Source: Octopus bimaculoides
Lineage: Eukaryota
Direction: 5' to 3'
DNA: 64,000 nucleotides
Assembly (NCBI RefSeq): GCF_001194135.2
Contig: NC_068981.1
Coordinates: 181,195,945 to 181,259,944 of the forward strand
The translations under genes were made by a program, and so were the position numbers. This document shows, piece by piece, positions 48,201 to 62,960 of this stretch (positions are counted from its first letter, which is position 1; every line of letters starts with the position of its first letter). Under the pieces are notes generated by a model that ran no database searches, was not told where the DNA came from, and saw only the letters and a program-made list of their open reading frames with translations.

Positions 48201-50734
48201 TCTTCAAGAATATAATTGTGCTTACATAGAAACACTAATGAGAAAAGCTAAAACAAAAAAAAAAAAAAGAAAGAAAAAAAATTAAAAAATTATATAAAAT
48301 CAAATATATTCTTTAATAAAGTTTCAACTTGGAGATAACTAATTTCAAAATACCAATTTCTGAATTATATTTTCTGCATGTCATTATCATAACTAGCAGA
48401 TTGCATCACCAAAAATTAAGTGAAGTCAATTCTCTCTACTTGATAAACAGATATTCCCTCCCAAACATGAAGACTGCAACTAAAAGGTGCGAAATGTTTC
48501 AACTGAACAGTTTACCTGAATAATATGAAGTTTTTACTATTATGGATTAAGTAGAATGCATTTGGTAGGATCCAAAACTTTTATAACTGGATACATATTT
48601 GCAAACAAATAACTCTCCAGCCATATTTTTTATCAAACCACACAGACATTTTATATAACTTATCTGTGATGTACAGTTGTCATAAGCTACAGGTTAGGGC
48701 ATTTGCAATATGGTTTTGATTCCTAGTTGAGCCATTTCACTCAACATATTTTTTTGTATCTTTCTCTTTAGTCGAGACAGTTGACATCAACACTTCTTAG
48801 AATATGGCATAAATAAAACTGAAGACCCAGTCTTTGGTAAAGTGTCAGTACTTTAATGCTATTTTTTTTTGTTTTGTCTTTCTCATTTATAGCTTAACAG
48901 CAAAGAGTATCAATTGTGTAAAGATAATGATGTAATTACAGGGTTTGAATGAAGCTTTAAAAAATCTCAAATAGAGAAGCCACTAACATGCAGTGAACGC
49001 AAGACTGGTCTATGGGAACCCTTTAACCAATGATCGTTCACAAATGCATGACAAAAAGAAAAAAAAAAAGTATTTTAAATCTCAAATGAAGCAGCTCTTT
49101 TTACAATCATCAAAGAATATTTCAATGAAGTGTCACAAACATCTGGGGAATTAAGTGGGTTGAAGATGTATTTCTAATGCACAACTGAAATATTTGAGCG
49201 TCAGAGCTACATAGATGAAAGGAAAAGGTGAGATTAAAACAAAAGAAAAAAAAATGAAAAATTAAATCGACAAGTGGATAAAGGAAGAAAGAAAAAAATG
49301 TCACTTTGGAAATTCTCAAAGACCCTAAAACTAATATTCTGAATTTTACAAAACTAAAGGTTATATTATTGCTTCTTTCATAATATTAGCACTGCTACAC
49401 TACTGAGGACTGGTTCTTAAGATTTGTTTGTGCCATAATCTTGTCAACAACATTTGTTAATTCCCTCTAGGCTTGCTTTTAGCTTCAGCCAGGCCTTTTG
49501 GAGTAAAATTAAATTTTATTTAGTATAATAATATAAAAACATAAAGATATTATCACAGAGAGATATCAACCGAGTGTTGATATATCCCTGTAGAATATAT
49601 ATTAGTGGGGTAAGTACTTAGAGACTTGCAAACAACTTGCTTGTGCAAGTGCTGCCAATTGAAGGGTCCATATATTATAGGATGGCAGTAGGTTTCAGGG
49701 GTCATCAGGAGAGAACATACACTGTTTTGGATTCTTTCTCTCAATGGATTTGTAGCACAGTAGTAGTTATAATACCAAGTTTTAAGCAATAACTTCTACA
49801 AATAAAATATTAAAAATTCATTTGTAAAAAAAAAAAAATAATAATAATAAAAAGATAAATAAAATACTAAAAAGAAATTAAATGTTGTGTCATAGATTAA
49901 TTTTGGTTTTAAACATATTTTTGGTCTCAAATTTGAAACTAAGTGATATATATATATATATCTATATATCTATATATATATATTTATATATTGAAGGGTG
50001 GGGATTTAACAGTAAAACCTGTTTATGATAGCAGTGATAAAAATGTGGAAAATGAATAAATAGAAATGAAACTCCAGGAAGGAAAAGAGAACTGCTTAGA
50101 AGAATACAGGTAAGAACTAAATGAAGGTAATAAGAACATACAAACCTTCATTCCTTATTCAGTTTTATTAGAAGACCAAGAAGCAAAATTCTTAAATATA
50201 TAGAAATCATGATGAGCTCTTTTTTTCCCATTCCTGAAAAAATTGTTCTCTTCCCAATTTTACCATACTAAGAAAAAGAGTCACACAATTTTGTTGAATA
50301 ATAAAAATTGTTAACATTGGAGATTAGAGCAAGATGTTTGCAGGGAGAAAGAAGATATGGGAAAAAAAATACTGTTAGGGTTAAGGCTATTTTAAAAAAA
50401 AATGTTTTGAGATTTGTCTAAATATGGAATGGATAATTGATCTAACAAGTCTGCACGTTGAATCCAGTTGGATGTAGAGTAATAGTCAAAATAAAATGAA
50501 GAAGCTGACCATATAAGTAGTTTTTAATCTCACCTCCACACTCATAACAGAAGCAATGTAGGTGGATAGGCAAAGGGAGCTCAAAAATAAATATAGACTG
50601 AAACTGAATTTTTGGACAAATTCAGTGAAACTTATTGCATTTTGGTGTTTGTAGTATTATATAAATCAAACAAGTCATTTGGTAACTTGGTTTTCACTAT
50701 TAGTACACATTTTGTGTTAAGAACAAATATTTGA

Positions 50735-50772
<38 letters not shown>

Positions 50773-51246
50773 TAAAACAAAAGAAACATGTTTTTGATAT
50801 TAGCATATCTGCATCTTGAGAGTAATCAATACCTTAATATAAAAGTATTGAAAAAAAGGTAAAAAAAAAAAAAAAGGCAAGTGTCTTTGTGCAGATATAA
50901 AAAAAAAATTTAGTGGAATTGAAAAAAAAAAAAAAGAAATTAAAAAAAAAAGTTAGATCAATAATTATGTAGAGTGAATATTTAGTTAATAAACACATGC
51001 AGCAAATGTCATCTGCAATATGTTACTAAAAATGTAAGATGATGATGATGATAATAAGTGTTTCAATTTTTGATGCACAGCCAATAATCGGGGAAGGGGC
51101 ATGTTGACCACATTGGCCCCAGTGTTCAACAGGTACTTATTTCATAAGTATGAAAGGCAAAGTCAACCATGGCAGAATTTGAGCCAAAAGAAATGCCACT
51201 ACACTAATAATAATTCTGCCAGTTTGTCATACTTATAAACTAATAA

Positions 51247-51286
<40 letters not shown>

Positions 51287-51870
51287 ATTGGAAGTTGAAT
51301 AAAAAAAAAAAAAGACAAAAAAAAACAATTGTTAGTTTGAATTGCAAGAATACATTAAATAGGAAACTCCCGACTCCTTTCTATGTCAGTTATGCTTTTG
51401 GAGTATATTTAGTTCCAGATCAGACCTAATCACGCAATCTTTTGACTAACAGTACTCCAATCATAACAAACCCACCCCACTGCACCCCAGATAGTCAACT
51501 ACATTATCCAGAGTCTTCCATTGTTTTTTTTGGTGATGGGGGGAAGAAGAGAGGGTGTGATTAGATAGAGATTTGACTGCTATTCCTAGATCAAATAAAT
51601 GTGTATACTTGAGGAATGGGTGCAAAGAGAGTGTGGATGAAGTCCCCCACGAGAAGTTGAGGTGATTATTAACCAGAAGTTATTACAGTAAAATCACTAA
51701 TTACTGTGGCATTACAAACAGCAGTCAAGCAGTTGATGAAAGTGGTGGTATGTTTGAACATTCACACTGGTGAGTCACTGGTTTAAGTATAAAATAAATC
51801 TTACACAAAATGATAAATATGCCAAAGACAATCGTGTAAGAAAGATTTATAATTCCCAGCAAGATGACAC

Positions 51871-52119
51871 TTAACCATTTGCCTATCCAAAGTATTTTTG
51901 TAAGTTTGTCTTAAATGTCCATGCTTGTTTTCAGACTTGCCTCATATGATCTGAGCAATATAAAGCTTTCCTTTCATAAGTCCCAAATTACACTGATGGT
52001 TAGGATAAAAAAAAATAATAATAATAAAAAAAAGAAATGTATATTATATATGATGCATGGACACCAGGAAAATATGCCCTGTGTATCACATATGGTACAC
52101 AAGACAGGCAAAGGGTTAA
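51871..52119. mobile_element. Third TTAA-flanked MITE
   Basis: TTAA|CCATTTGCCT ... AGGCAAAGGG|TTAA. Confidence 0.65.
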
Positions 52120-52399
52120 AATAGAAAAGAAACAAAAAAGAGGGGGGGGAAGAAAGTCTGATAAATTGGGAGAAGAGAAAAATAGAAATGAAACCATTAT
52201 ATATTATATAATGGGAAGTCTATTTTGATTAATTGAAAATGAGAGAGTGTCAATATATGAAAACAAGGGTTTTCAGAAAAATGAACTGTTAAAAAGTGGA
52301 AGGTAAAATGAGTCAGAATGATGATGAGGATAGAGAAAACTATTTAAACAGGCTTTACTATGTGTGAAGTTAAACCAACAGGGAGCAAGTAATAAAATG

Positions 52400-52448
<49 letters not shown>

Positions 52449-52786
52449 CACATACATACATACACATATATAAAAAAATTTAAAAAATTAGGTTGTGTCT
52501 TGATTCTGTTTAAGAAAAAAAAAAAAGACAACAATAATAAAAATTAATAATACGGACAACCTTCTGTGCTTCAGTCTTAGCTGATAGTTTATAACAAATG
52601 GAGTAATTTTGTCACTCAAATTTATTGTTTGGTTATACAGAAGTATGACAGTAACTGAGATGTTACAGTATCCCATGCATTTATAAGCACACACAAGTAT
52701 ACATACTCACATATATATGCATACATATGCATATATACTCACACACAAATTCATACATATATATGTATGTATATATGCATATAGAT

Positions 52787-52833
<47 letters not shown>

Positions 52834-55418
52834 TACATACACAAAAATTATATAGACAAAACAAAACACTGAATTTACAGTGTACACAAAAGCAACTTTG
52901 CTTTAATGTTCTTAAATTTAAACTAAAGAGAAAAGAGATAATAGAATACGTTAAAAAAAAAATGAAGGAAGTGGAAAAAAAAACAAAATAAAAATGAAAA
53001 TAAAGGTAAGTTTTAAAAAAATCTACTGAATGCAGCAGATTAACATGTTTTTTTTTTTTCTTTTAGTGTTTGTGTAGTTCAATATATGGAAACAGTCTTT
53101 GTCTCCAAGAGGCCAACTCGAACAATGGAAAACATAAGCAAACAGACCACTCTTGCAAAATGGTTTCAAAACAGAAAAAATATTGTCCTTAGATTCTGTA
53201 GATGTTGCACAGTAGTCTTTAAGTGTCGTACAATCTTCAAAAATATCTCCAAACTGCAGATAATCATATCTTGTTCTTTCATTTCAAATATTTGATAAAG
53301 CATCATAACAATGTTACTTTTTGTTTTGTTTTTGTATTTCATTAAGCGTTTTTCACAGAATGTCTTTTAGTCTTTTATAGTAAATGAGAAAAAAAAAGGA
53401 TAAAACAAAAAAAAACCACAAATAAAGAAAAATATACATGAAGTTATGTAATGAACTAGTTATAAACGTGTGATATGTGAACTGGGTACACAGTATTTGA
53501 ATGACAGACGTGTTAGCCTGTTCATTTACAAAAAGTTGAATAGTTATTCATCACATAGTACATTGATAAAGCTGGAAAAATTCAGACACCACCGGTGGTG
53601 GTAATGGTATGTGTGTAATATATATATATATATAAATGAGAGTTAGTTTTGTTTTTCTTTTTTTTTGGAAGTAGCCTTTTTCAGTTTTTTTTTTTCATAT
53701 TTCAGTTTTTTTTTTATCAGTATGTTATTTTTTTTCTTTTTCTGCTTTTCTTTCACATGTAATTAAATTTTAAATTTTCCACTTTCTTAATAGTATATTG
53801 AAACCACAGTTTGATGAAATATTAGAAATTCATCATGGTAGAACAACAACAACAACAACAACAAAAAAACCCAAACAAGAAGAAAGAAACAAACAATAAG
53901 CACTAACCAGAAAATATTTCAGTCAAATGGTAGCTGTGTAGTTATTTACATGATTACATCCATGTACATATGTGTATATGTGTGAGGGTGTGTGTGAGTA
54001 AATAAATGTATATATATATATAAATATATATATATACGTTTAGTCCTTGTTTAGAGAAGAATATTGTCTTTGTGGATCACGTATATACATTAGAAAATGG
54101 CCAGTTAAGAAAACAAAAACTGAAAGAAAAACTTTGGAAAAGGGCAGTGAAGAATTAAAAAGAAAACAGTTATACATTTTAAAATGAAATCATTCAGTTG
54201 GATATTATTTTAATCCAATGGTTAAACAGTAAAACTTCAATTTAAGAAAGATCAAAAGTAATACGGACTTAGTAACACAAATGGACCACAAAGAAAGACA
54301 AAGTAACATTGAGTACTTTGTTCCATACATAGAATAATACAATCGCAGAGTTAACATTCAGGAAGGATTTTTAAAATTCATACACACACTCAAGCACAAA
54401 ATTAAGAAGAAAAAAAAAAAAAAAAAAAAAAAANNNNNNNNNNNNNNNNNNNNNNNNNNNNNNNNNNNNNNNNNNNNNNNNNNNNNNNNNNNNNNNNNNN
54501 NNNNNNNNNNNNNNNNNNNNNNNNNNNNNNNNNNNNNNNNNNNNNNNNNNNNNNNNNNNNNNNNNNNNNNNNNNNNNNNNNNNNNNNNNNNNNNNNNNNN
54601 NNNNNNNNNNNNNNNNNNNNNNNNNNNNNNNNNNNNNNNNNNNNNNNNNNNNNNNNNNNNNNNNNNNNNNNNNNNNNNNNNNNNNNNNNNNNNNNNNNNN
54701 NNNNNNNNNNNNNNNNNNNNNNNNNNNNNNNNNNNNNNNNNNNNNNNNNNNNNNNNNNNNNNNNNNNNNNNNNNNNNNNNNNNNNNNNNNNNNNNNNNNN
54801 NNNNNNNNNNNNNNNNNNNNNNNNNNNNNNNNNNNNNNNNNNNNNNNNNNNNNNNNNNNNNNNNNNNNNNNNNNNNNNNNNNNNNNNNNNNNNNNNNNNN
54901 NNNNNNNNNNNNNNNNNNNNNNNNNNNNNNNNNNNNNNNNNNNNNNNNNNNNNNNNNNNNNNNNNNNNNNNNNNNNNNNNNNNNNNNNNNNNNNNNNNNN
55001 NNNNNNNNNNNNNNNNNNNNNNNNNNNNNNNNNNNNNNNNNNNNNNNNNNNNNNNNNNNNNNNNNNNNNNNNNNNNNNNNNNNNNNNNNNNNNNNNNNNN
55101 NNNNNNNNNNNNNNNNNNNNNNNNNNNNNNNNNNNNNNNNNNNNNNNNNNNNNNNNNNNNNNNNNNNNNNNNNNNNNNNNNNNNNNNNNNNNNNNNNNNN
55201 NNNNNNNNNNNNNNNNNNNNNNNNNNNNNNNNNNNNNNNNNNNNNNNNNNNNNNNNNNNNNNNNNNNNNNNNNNNNNNNNNNNNNNNNNNNNNNNNNNNN
55301 NNNNNNNNNNNNNNNNNNNNNNNNNNNNNNNNNNNNNNNNNNNNNNNNNNNNNNNNNNNNNNNNNNNNNNNNNNNNNNNNNNNNNNNNNNNNNNNNNNNN
55401 NNNNNNNNNNNNNNNNNN

Positions 55419-55464
<46 letters not shown>

Positions 55465-57433
55465 GAAAGAAAGAGAGAGAAGTGCAAGAGAAGTTAACCC
55501 CTTAGCATTTAGACCAGCTGTATCAGCCGAAATAGTCTACCTACTTTATGGTCAAAATGGCCAGTCCAGCCTCTCACACCTACCCTACAATGTCATTTAA
55601 AATATAAGCAAACACATCATCAAAATCTCGAAGCTACAAGATAATGCATGATTTTTTTTAAAAGGTGAATAAGCAAGCATTACATTCGACAGTAATTGGA
55701 ATGCTAAAGGGTTATTCAACTTAGTGAATACCAAGTTGACTTCTTCAGTTTATCAGGTAAGCATCTATAGCACTAACTCTCTCCCGTTCTCTTTCATAAG
55801 TAGAGTCTGAGAGACCTTTACTTTCGTTATCGATACAGAATATTTGACTTCACAAATTAATGAACATGGTAGACTTTTGAACAGAGGCATAGAAGAGATT
55901 ATGAGAACACATTTTCAGATATTTCCTTTCAGTTTTCCACATAAAATCAAAAACAATATATAATAATGTAGAGGCTTGGGAGAATCCCACCCACCCCCAA
56001 AAAAACAACAATATATGCAAACATCAATAACGAAAGCCCAAGAAGAATGCTAGTTGTGCTAATCAGGAAGAACTATACATGCCTCTAATGAATATATCAC
56101 AAGTTTATTTTAAGAGAAGAAAAATATTGATGTGGAAAAAGAATAAATTAAATTTATACACACTTCTGTATACATACATACACATTTGTGTGTGTATGTA
56201 TGTATATATATGAAGATTTAATTTTTAATTGAATAAGTAGATTAAGCTTTGGATGTTTTAATTTGAGAATTTATAGTTTGGAATTCATGATTAATTATTT
56301 AATGGTAGAAAAATTATGCCAAATTATGCCTAAGAAAAAAAAAAAAGGAAAAAAATTACTTCTAATTTTTAGTTTTAATTTTAAATATATATAAGAGACA
56401 TATATAGGAAATCTAAATAATACCCTCATATATATAAATAAATATCAAATAAGTAGAAAAGCATGCATTCCTTGGAAAGCAACATAAAATCAATTTTTAA
56501 GCACAAGAAAAGCAAGCTGTCTTAAGCAAAACAGCTCTTGAAGAAGTAATGTGTTCAGAGAACATTTCTTTTACAACTGCTGGAAGTGTGGATTCAGTGA
56601 GTAATTTCTAGCAATATTAATTGATACCAGTTAAAATATCAAAACCACAATTCAAGAATTCTAACCAATAAAAGCTTGTAATGAGAAGTAGTTCGACTTT
56701 GTTTATAACTAAGTGAAATTCCCATAAAATGACTTATTTTAAATTATGCAGGATTCCAACATAGCATCAAAGTAAGCTTTTAGAAATATTCTTTGCTGTA
56801 TAGCAATCAACATTAACCATCATGAAAGCCTAATTATTTTCAATATAAAAATGTTATTATGTTAATTCCACAGGAACCTAATTGTCTTTAAGTTTATCAA
56901 GCTTTCACAGTTTCAGTAAAGAGACAATCTGTAGGAAAGACAATCAAACAGTAGAAGAGTGACGGAGAGAGAGAAGCAAGGTGGTGTAAGATGGAGAATA
57001 TGTGGAAGAAAGGGAAACTGATTTTATTTTAGTAGAAAATGTATTTTACTTTTGTGGGGTGGGAGAAGATAAAATGAGAATAAGCCTTAATAAAACAAAA
57101 ATTCTATTAAGTAAAAATAAACCTTACTTTAAAATTGTTTCTACTAAAAAATTTTTTTTTCAATTTAAAAGATTTCTTTCATATTACCAAACAAACAAAA
57201 AAAAAGAAACAAAAATACTTAAGACCAATTATTAAAGATGCAGATTTTAAGTTATCATTGCAAGAATAACAGGATAAAATATATTTCCTCTGTTATTGTG
57301 AATAAATAGTTCCACATCTTTCTACCCATTTCCCAAAGTTTAATGAATAATTGCTTCATAGCCAGAGTATGACATATAATAACATACAGTGCTAATAGTG
57401 ATGTGAGATATTAAGTGAACCTCAAGAGCAATT

Positions 57434-57480
<47 letters not shown>

Positions 57481-57982
57481 NNNNNNNNNNNNNNNNNNNN
57501 NNNNNNNNNNNNNNNNNNNNNNNNNNNNNNNNNNNNNNNNNNNNNNNNNNNNNNNNNNNNNNNNNNNNNNNNNNNNNNNNNNNNNNNNNNNNNNNNNNNN
57601 NNNNNNNNNNNNNNNNNNNNNNNNNNNNNNNNNNNNNNNNNNNNNNNNNNNNNNNNNNNNNNNNNNNNNNNNNNNNNNNNNNNNNNNNNNNNNNNNNNNN
57701 NNNNNNNNNNNNNNNNNNNNNNNNNNNNNNNNNNNNNNNNNNNNNNNNNNNNNNNNNNNNNNNNNNNNNNNNNNNNNNNNNNNNNNNNNNNNNNNNNNNN
57801 NNNNNNNNNNNNNNNNNNNNNNNNNNNNNNNNNNNNNNNNNNNNNNNNNNNNNNNNNNNNNNNNNNNNNNNNNNNNNNNNNNNNNNNNNNNNNNNNNNNN
57901 NNNNNNNNNNNNNNNNNNNNNNNNNNNNNNNNNNNNNNNNNNNNNNNNNNNNNNNNNNNNNNNNNNNNNNNNNNNNNNNTAT

Positions 57983-58014
<32 letters not shown>

Positions 58015-58048
58015 ATACATACATACATATATATATATATATACATAC

Positions 58049-58093
<45 letters not shown>

Positions 58094-58180
58094 TATACAT
58101 ATATAAAACTCCAATAGCCAAAGATTAGTGTCATGATTGAAACTCAGAGTACCAAGGAGTTTGATCCATATATATATAAC

Positions 58181-58216
<36 letters not shown>

Positions 58217-59723
58217 AACAAATACATGTGTGTATCAGTGTTTATATATAAAATATAAAGAGAGATGCATAGATATACACGCTATTGGCTACCAATAGAT
58301 GATATCCACTTCTATTATTAAAAGTTAATAAGAGTGATTTGTTTCTGCAATTCTAAATGTCGATCCCTAATATAATCTGTTTGTGTGTGTGTATATGCAT
58401 GTGAATATATAGGGTATATATATTTATATATATAGAAAGCACATACATACTATATATACTCACAAGCAACAATCTTATAATAAATATATATGAGAGTATA
58501 TGTATGCATGTATGTGTGTGTCTATGCGTATGTATGTATGTGTGTGTGTATATATATATATACACACACACACACACATACACACAAAAAGCCAGTGAGG
58601 TTCTCATAGTTGTTTATTGTTGTTCACCATGACTGTCTTTAAAACAGGAACTTAAATATTAGGGAATGCATAGCTGCTATGAGGGATATGATTATCACAA
58701 CATTTGCACACACACACACATACAATATACACACAGACCTTTATATATATAATATATATATATGCACACATACATATATATAACACAACTGTGTGTGTGT
58801 CTGTGAGTGTATATACATATAAGTGTGTTTTTATGTCAAGCTATATATAAAAACAACATTAAAGTTAATATAATATATTAAAGTTAATATAATATATATA
58901 TATATATTCACCACACAAACTATTTAATATATATTAAATATATTATATAATCATAAAATATAATATCTATATATTAAATATTATATATATATATATATAT
59001 ATGTACAAATACACACAAACATCTATAATGTTNNNNNNNNNNNNNNNNNNNNNNNNNNNNNNNNNNNNNNNNNNNNNNNNNNNNNNNNNNNNNNNNNNNN
59101 NNNNNNNNNNNNNNNNNNNNNNNNNNNNNNNNNNNNNNNNNNNNNNNNNNNNNNNNNNNNNNNNNNNNNNNNNNNNNNNNNNNNNNNNNNNNNNNNNNNN
59201 NNNNNNNNNNNNNNNNNNNNNNNNNNNNNNNNNNNNNNNNNNNNNNNNNNNNNNNNNNNNNNNNNNNNNNNNNNNNNNNNNNNNNNNNNNNNNNNNNNNN
59301 NNNNNNNNNNNNNNNNNNNNNNNNNNNNNNNNNNNNNNNNNNNNNNNNNNNNNNNNNNNNNNNNNNNNNNNNNNNNNNNNNNNNNNNNNNNNNNNNNNNN
59401 NNNNNNNNNNNNNNNNNNNNNNNNNNNNNNNNNNNNNNNNNNNNNNNNNNNNNNNNNNNNNNNNNNNNNNNNNNNNNNNNNNNNNNNNNNNNNNNNNNNN
59501 NNNNNNNNNNNNNNNNNNNNNNNNNNNNNNNNNNNNNNNNNNNNNNNNNNNNNNNNNNNNNNNNNNNNNNNNNNNNNNNNNNNNNNNNNNNNNNNNNNNN
59601 NNNNNNNNNNNNNNNNNNNNNNNNNNNNNNNNNNNNNNNNNNNNNNNNNNNNNNNNNNNNNNNNNNNNNNNNNNNNNNNNNNNNNNNNNNNNNNNNNNNN
59701 NNNNNNNNNNNNNNNNNNNNNNN

Positions 59724-59776
<53 letters not shown>

Positions 59777-61640
59777 ATATGTTTGTCCCCCCAACATCGT
59801 TTGACAACCGATGTTGGTGTGTTTACGTCCCCGTAACTTAGCGGTTCGGCAAAAGAGAACCAATAGAATAAGTACTAGGCTTCCAAAGAATAAGTCCTGG
59901 GGTCGATTTGCTCGACTAAAGGCGGTGCTCCAGCATGGCCGCAGTCAAATGACTGAAACAAGTAAAAGAGTAAATGGCTTTTCAAATTTTTAATTCTTCT
60001 TGAACCATGAAACTCATAAGGTCAGTTACCTGGTCTTCATGATGCCATGTAAAAAGCACCGCTGCTGTGCCATGTGAAAAACACTGGTGCCATGTTAAAA
60101 GTACACTCCGTAAAGTGGTTGGCATAGAAAATCTAGCTCATTTTAGCATGGAAAAGTGGATATGATGATGATTTGCTCCTGTGGCACAGGCATTGAAGTT
60201 GTTGTTCAGTTAGAAAAGGAATGCAATTTAAATGAAAACACATATCTGAACATGATCGATGCTAGGGCCGCCTAACTGGCTCCAGTGCCGGTAGCATGTA
60301 AAAAGCACCATCTAAAAGTGAACGATGCCAGTGTCCCCTGACTGGCTCCTGTGCTGGTGGCACGTAAAAAGCACTATCTGAACACGAACAATGCCAGGGT
60401 TGCCTGACTGGCTCATGTGCTGGTGACACGTAAAAAGCACCCACTACACACTCACAGTGGTTGGTGTTAGGAAGGGTATCCAGCTGTAGAAACATTGCCA
60501 GATCAGATTGGAGCCTGGTGCAGCCACTGGCTTTCCAGACCTCAGTCAAACTGTCCAACCCATGCCAGCATGGAAAACGGACGTTAAACGATGATGATGA
60601 TGATGATGACATGTATGTTTGAACAAAGCTAAGATTCTGCAATGTAAGAAGTGGATAATTAGAGGAAAGGAGAGTATTTATTGACCTTCAACAGACACAC
60701 ACACAAAAAAAGCAATACTTTAAAACATAGACGTTTTCTTTAGTTCTTAGCAGGATGAATCTATTCAAGATTGAGCTTTTCACGAAAGAAATCTCACTTA
60801 TGTAAACCACTTACGACTTGGTACAAAGCAGGAGGAATTTCTTTAACATTTTCCTCTTTTATTCCCATTCCTTTCAGTACTTGCCAATTCATCATCATTT
60901 AACATTTTCCATGCTGGGATGGGTTGGATGATTGACAGAAGCTGGCCAGCTGGTTCCAATTTGTCTACTTTAGCATGGTTTCTATGGATGGGGGCCCTTC
61001 TTAATGCCAATCATTTTACAGAGTGAAGGGGATGCTTTTTATGTGGCACCAGCACCGGTGCATTTTACATGGCACAGGTGCTTTTTATGTGACATTGAAA
61101 TGGGTGCTTTTTACGTGACGCATTACAGGGCTATTTCTGCATCATTAATTTCTTTTGTCTAATTTTAGTGTAATAACCAATGCAGTTTAGAAATTTCATT
61201 TCTCTTCAGAAAATAAATTTCTAACGACATGCTAAATTTTTACTTGTTTCATTCATCAGACTGCTGCCATGTTGGGGCTCCACCTTGAAGAGTTTAGTTG
61301 AACAAATCAACCCCAGTATTTATTTTTAAATCTGGTACTTATTCTACCAGTCCCTTTTGCTGAACCTGTAACTAACAGGGACATAAACAAATCAACGCAG
61401 GTTGTCAAGTGGTGGTGGTGGTGGGGGGGTCAAACACAAAGATACATACACACCAGATTCACTCACAAGGTATATGTTGGCCAGGGACTTGAGTAGAAGA
61501 CACTTGTCCAAGGTGCTATGCAAAGGGACTGCACCCAAAGCATGTGATTGGAAAGGGGGCTTCTTAGCAACATTGGCATGCCTGTGCCTGTAATAGCAAG
61601 ACAATATTAAAACAAAACTATCAAAAATTTAGATACTTAC

Positions 61641-61729
61641 CTGTGAAATTTTTTGAAGAATTTTTGGGCTTGATCACCAGTCCTGAATCGTATTAAAGCT
61701 TTGCGCTGGCTTTTCAGCAGTTGTAATGA
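61641..61729 (-). CDS. RBM33: Internal coding exon, second half of the C-terminal RRM, RBM33-like protein
   Basis: Acceptor TTTTTTTCAG, 89 nt, donor CAG|GTAAGT. In frame with the 63654-63776 exon: SLQLLKSQRKALIRFRTGDQAQKFFKKFH(R), versus recalled RBM33 SLQMLPQQRKAIAKFKEPAHALAFQQKFHR. Confidence 0.8.
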
Positions 61730-62329
61730 CTGAAAAAAATGCAAAAGACATCTCAGTTTGTCGCTTAGCTAATTTGTAAGCAACCCCATAAGCTCAAATT
61801 ACTTGTATCTTACTCTATGCAAGTGTGTGTGCGTATCCTGAAGCAGACATCCACTAACAAACACCTATCATGGATACACATTTCCCAATGCTCCAATTTT
61901 ATTAAAATTTCTATGTAATTTTCAAATATGGAACAAACACTGCTTAAGATACTATAATTTTTTTTCTTTTTTCTGAGAGTACATTTTTAATTGAATTTGA
62001 ACTCTTTAGTAATAAAATACTGGAGGTATGAAATTGTGAAAGTAAAAGCAAGCATAAATATGCATGTGTACCATATTCAAGGATTCAAAATTTTATTGGA
62101 GAAAGAAAAAAAAAACTGGAAGTTTACTTCTGATAAATGTAAAAAGATATCAAAACAAACAAACAAAATACATGTCATGTGGTTGAAAATAATCTATAAA
62201 TGTTAACCCAAAGCTCATATTGCTTCATAAAGGACAGTGTTCATGGACTTCACAGATCCTCCAATATCAGTAAGATAGACACATTTTGCTAAAACCATTG
62301 TAAATTGATGACTGCAGGAAAGACATGCA

Positions 62330-62960
62330 AGATAGAAATTTCAGAGTTCTATTTCTGGGAAGGAAGGTTTGAGTGTAGCAATTAGATGCCAGTGTGTGCA
62401 TTGGACAAGAATACAAGTAAAGGATGCAGTAAGTTAATGTAGAAAGCAGAGAGATGCAAAAGATTTAGTTTCTGCATGGTGAAATCACTGAGAAGGATGA
62501 CCTTTGAGAAGGATGAAGAAGGATAGATGCCCTCAATATAGGAAGAGATATCGTCGTAAAGTTGTTGGTAGTTTGAGGAATATCGAGAATGGTCAAGGAA
62601 ACATATATTTAGAGAAGTGTGGGAGAGAGATAAGTGGCAGAGAGAATAGGCAGACATGACCTTTTTTCTTGTGAAGTCTGAGTAAAGAGTGTATTTTGGG
62701 GAGCAGAAATGGACAATAAATAGAGATTGAGAGATTCTGAGTCTCTGATAGGAGAAGGAGATGGGATTTGCATTTTTGTAAGAGGTACTTTTGGGGTCAA
62801 AGTTGATTCAGAATCCATGAACAATTGAAGAAGGAAAATCAACAAACAGGGCATAGATAATATAGGAAACAGAGTTATTGTCTTTATTTTAAAGTAGAAG
62901 GCACGCAAATTGACAAATTAAAAGATCTGCACTAGCTTGAGAGGAACAAATTTAATGTGG
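62330..62960 (-). mobile_element. CR1/L2-like LINE APE-endonuclease fragment
   Basis: NICFLDHSRYSSNYQQLYDDISSYIEGI...KVILLSDF resembles the APE ...YRSP...ILGDFN segment. The minus strand is pyrimidine-rich, as is typical of these ORFs. Confidence 0.6.

Noticed and set aside
49685-49720. CTGATGA-CCCCT-GAAA on the minus strand (similar case near 61190)
   Set aside because: No stem II pairing and no compatible stems I and III, so it is a chance core match.
57370-57420. HLISHITISTV as the RBM33 last exon
   Set aside because: The resemblance to HMIDLSHINV is superficial, and there is no acceptor in the required phase.
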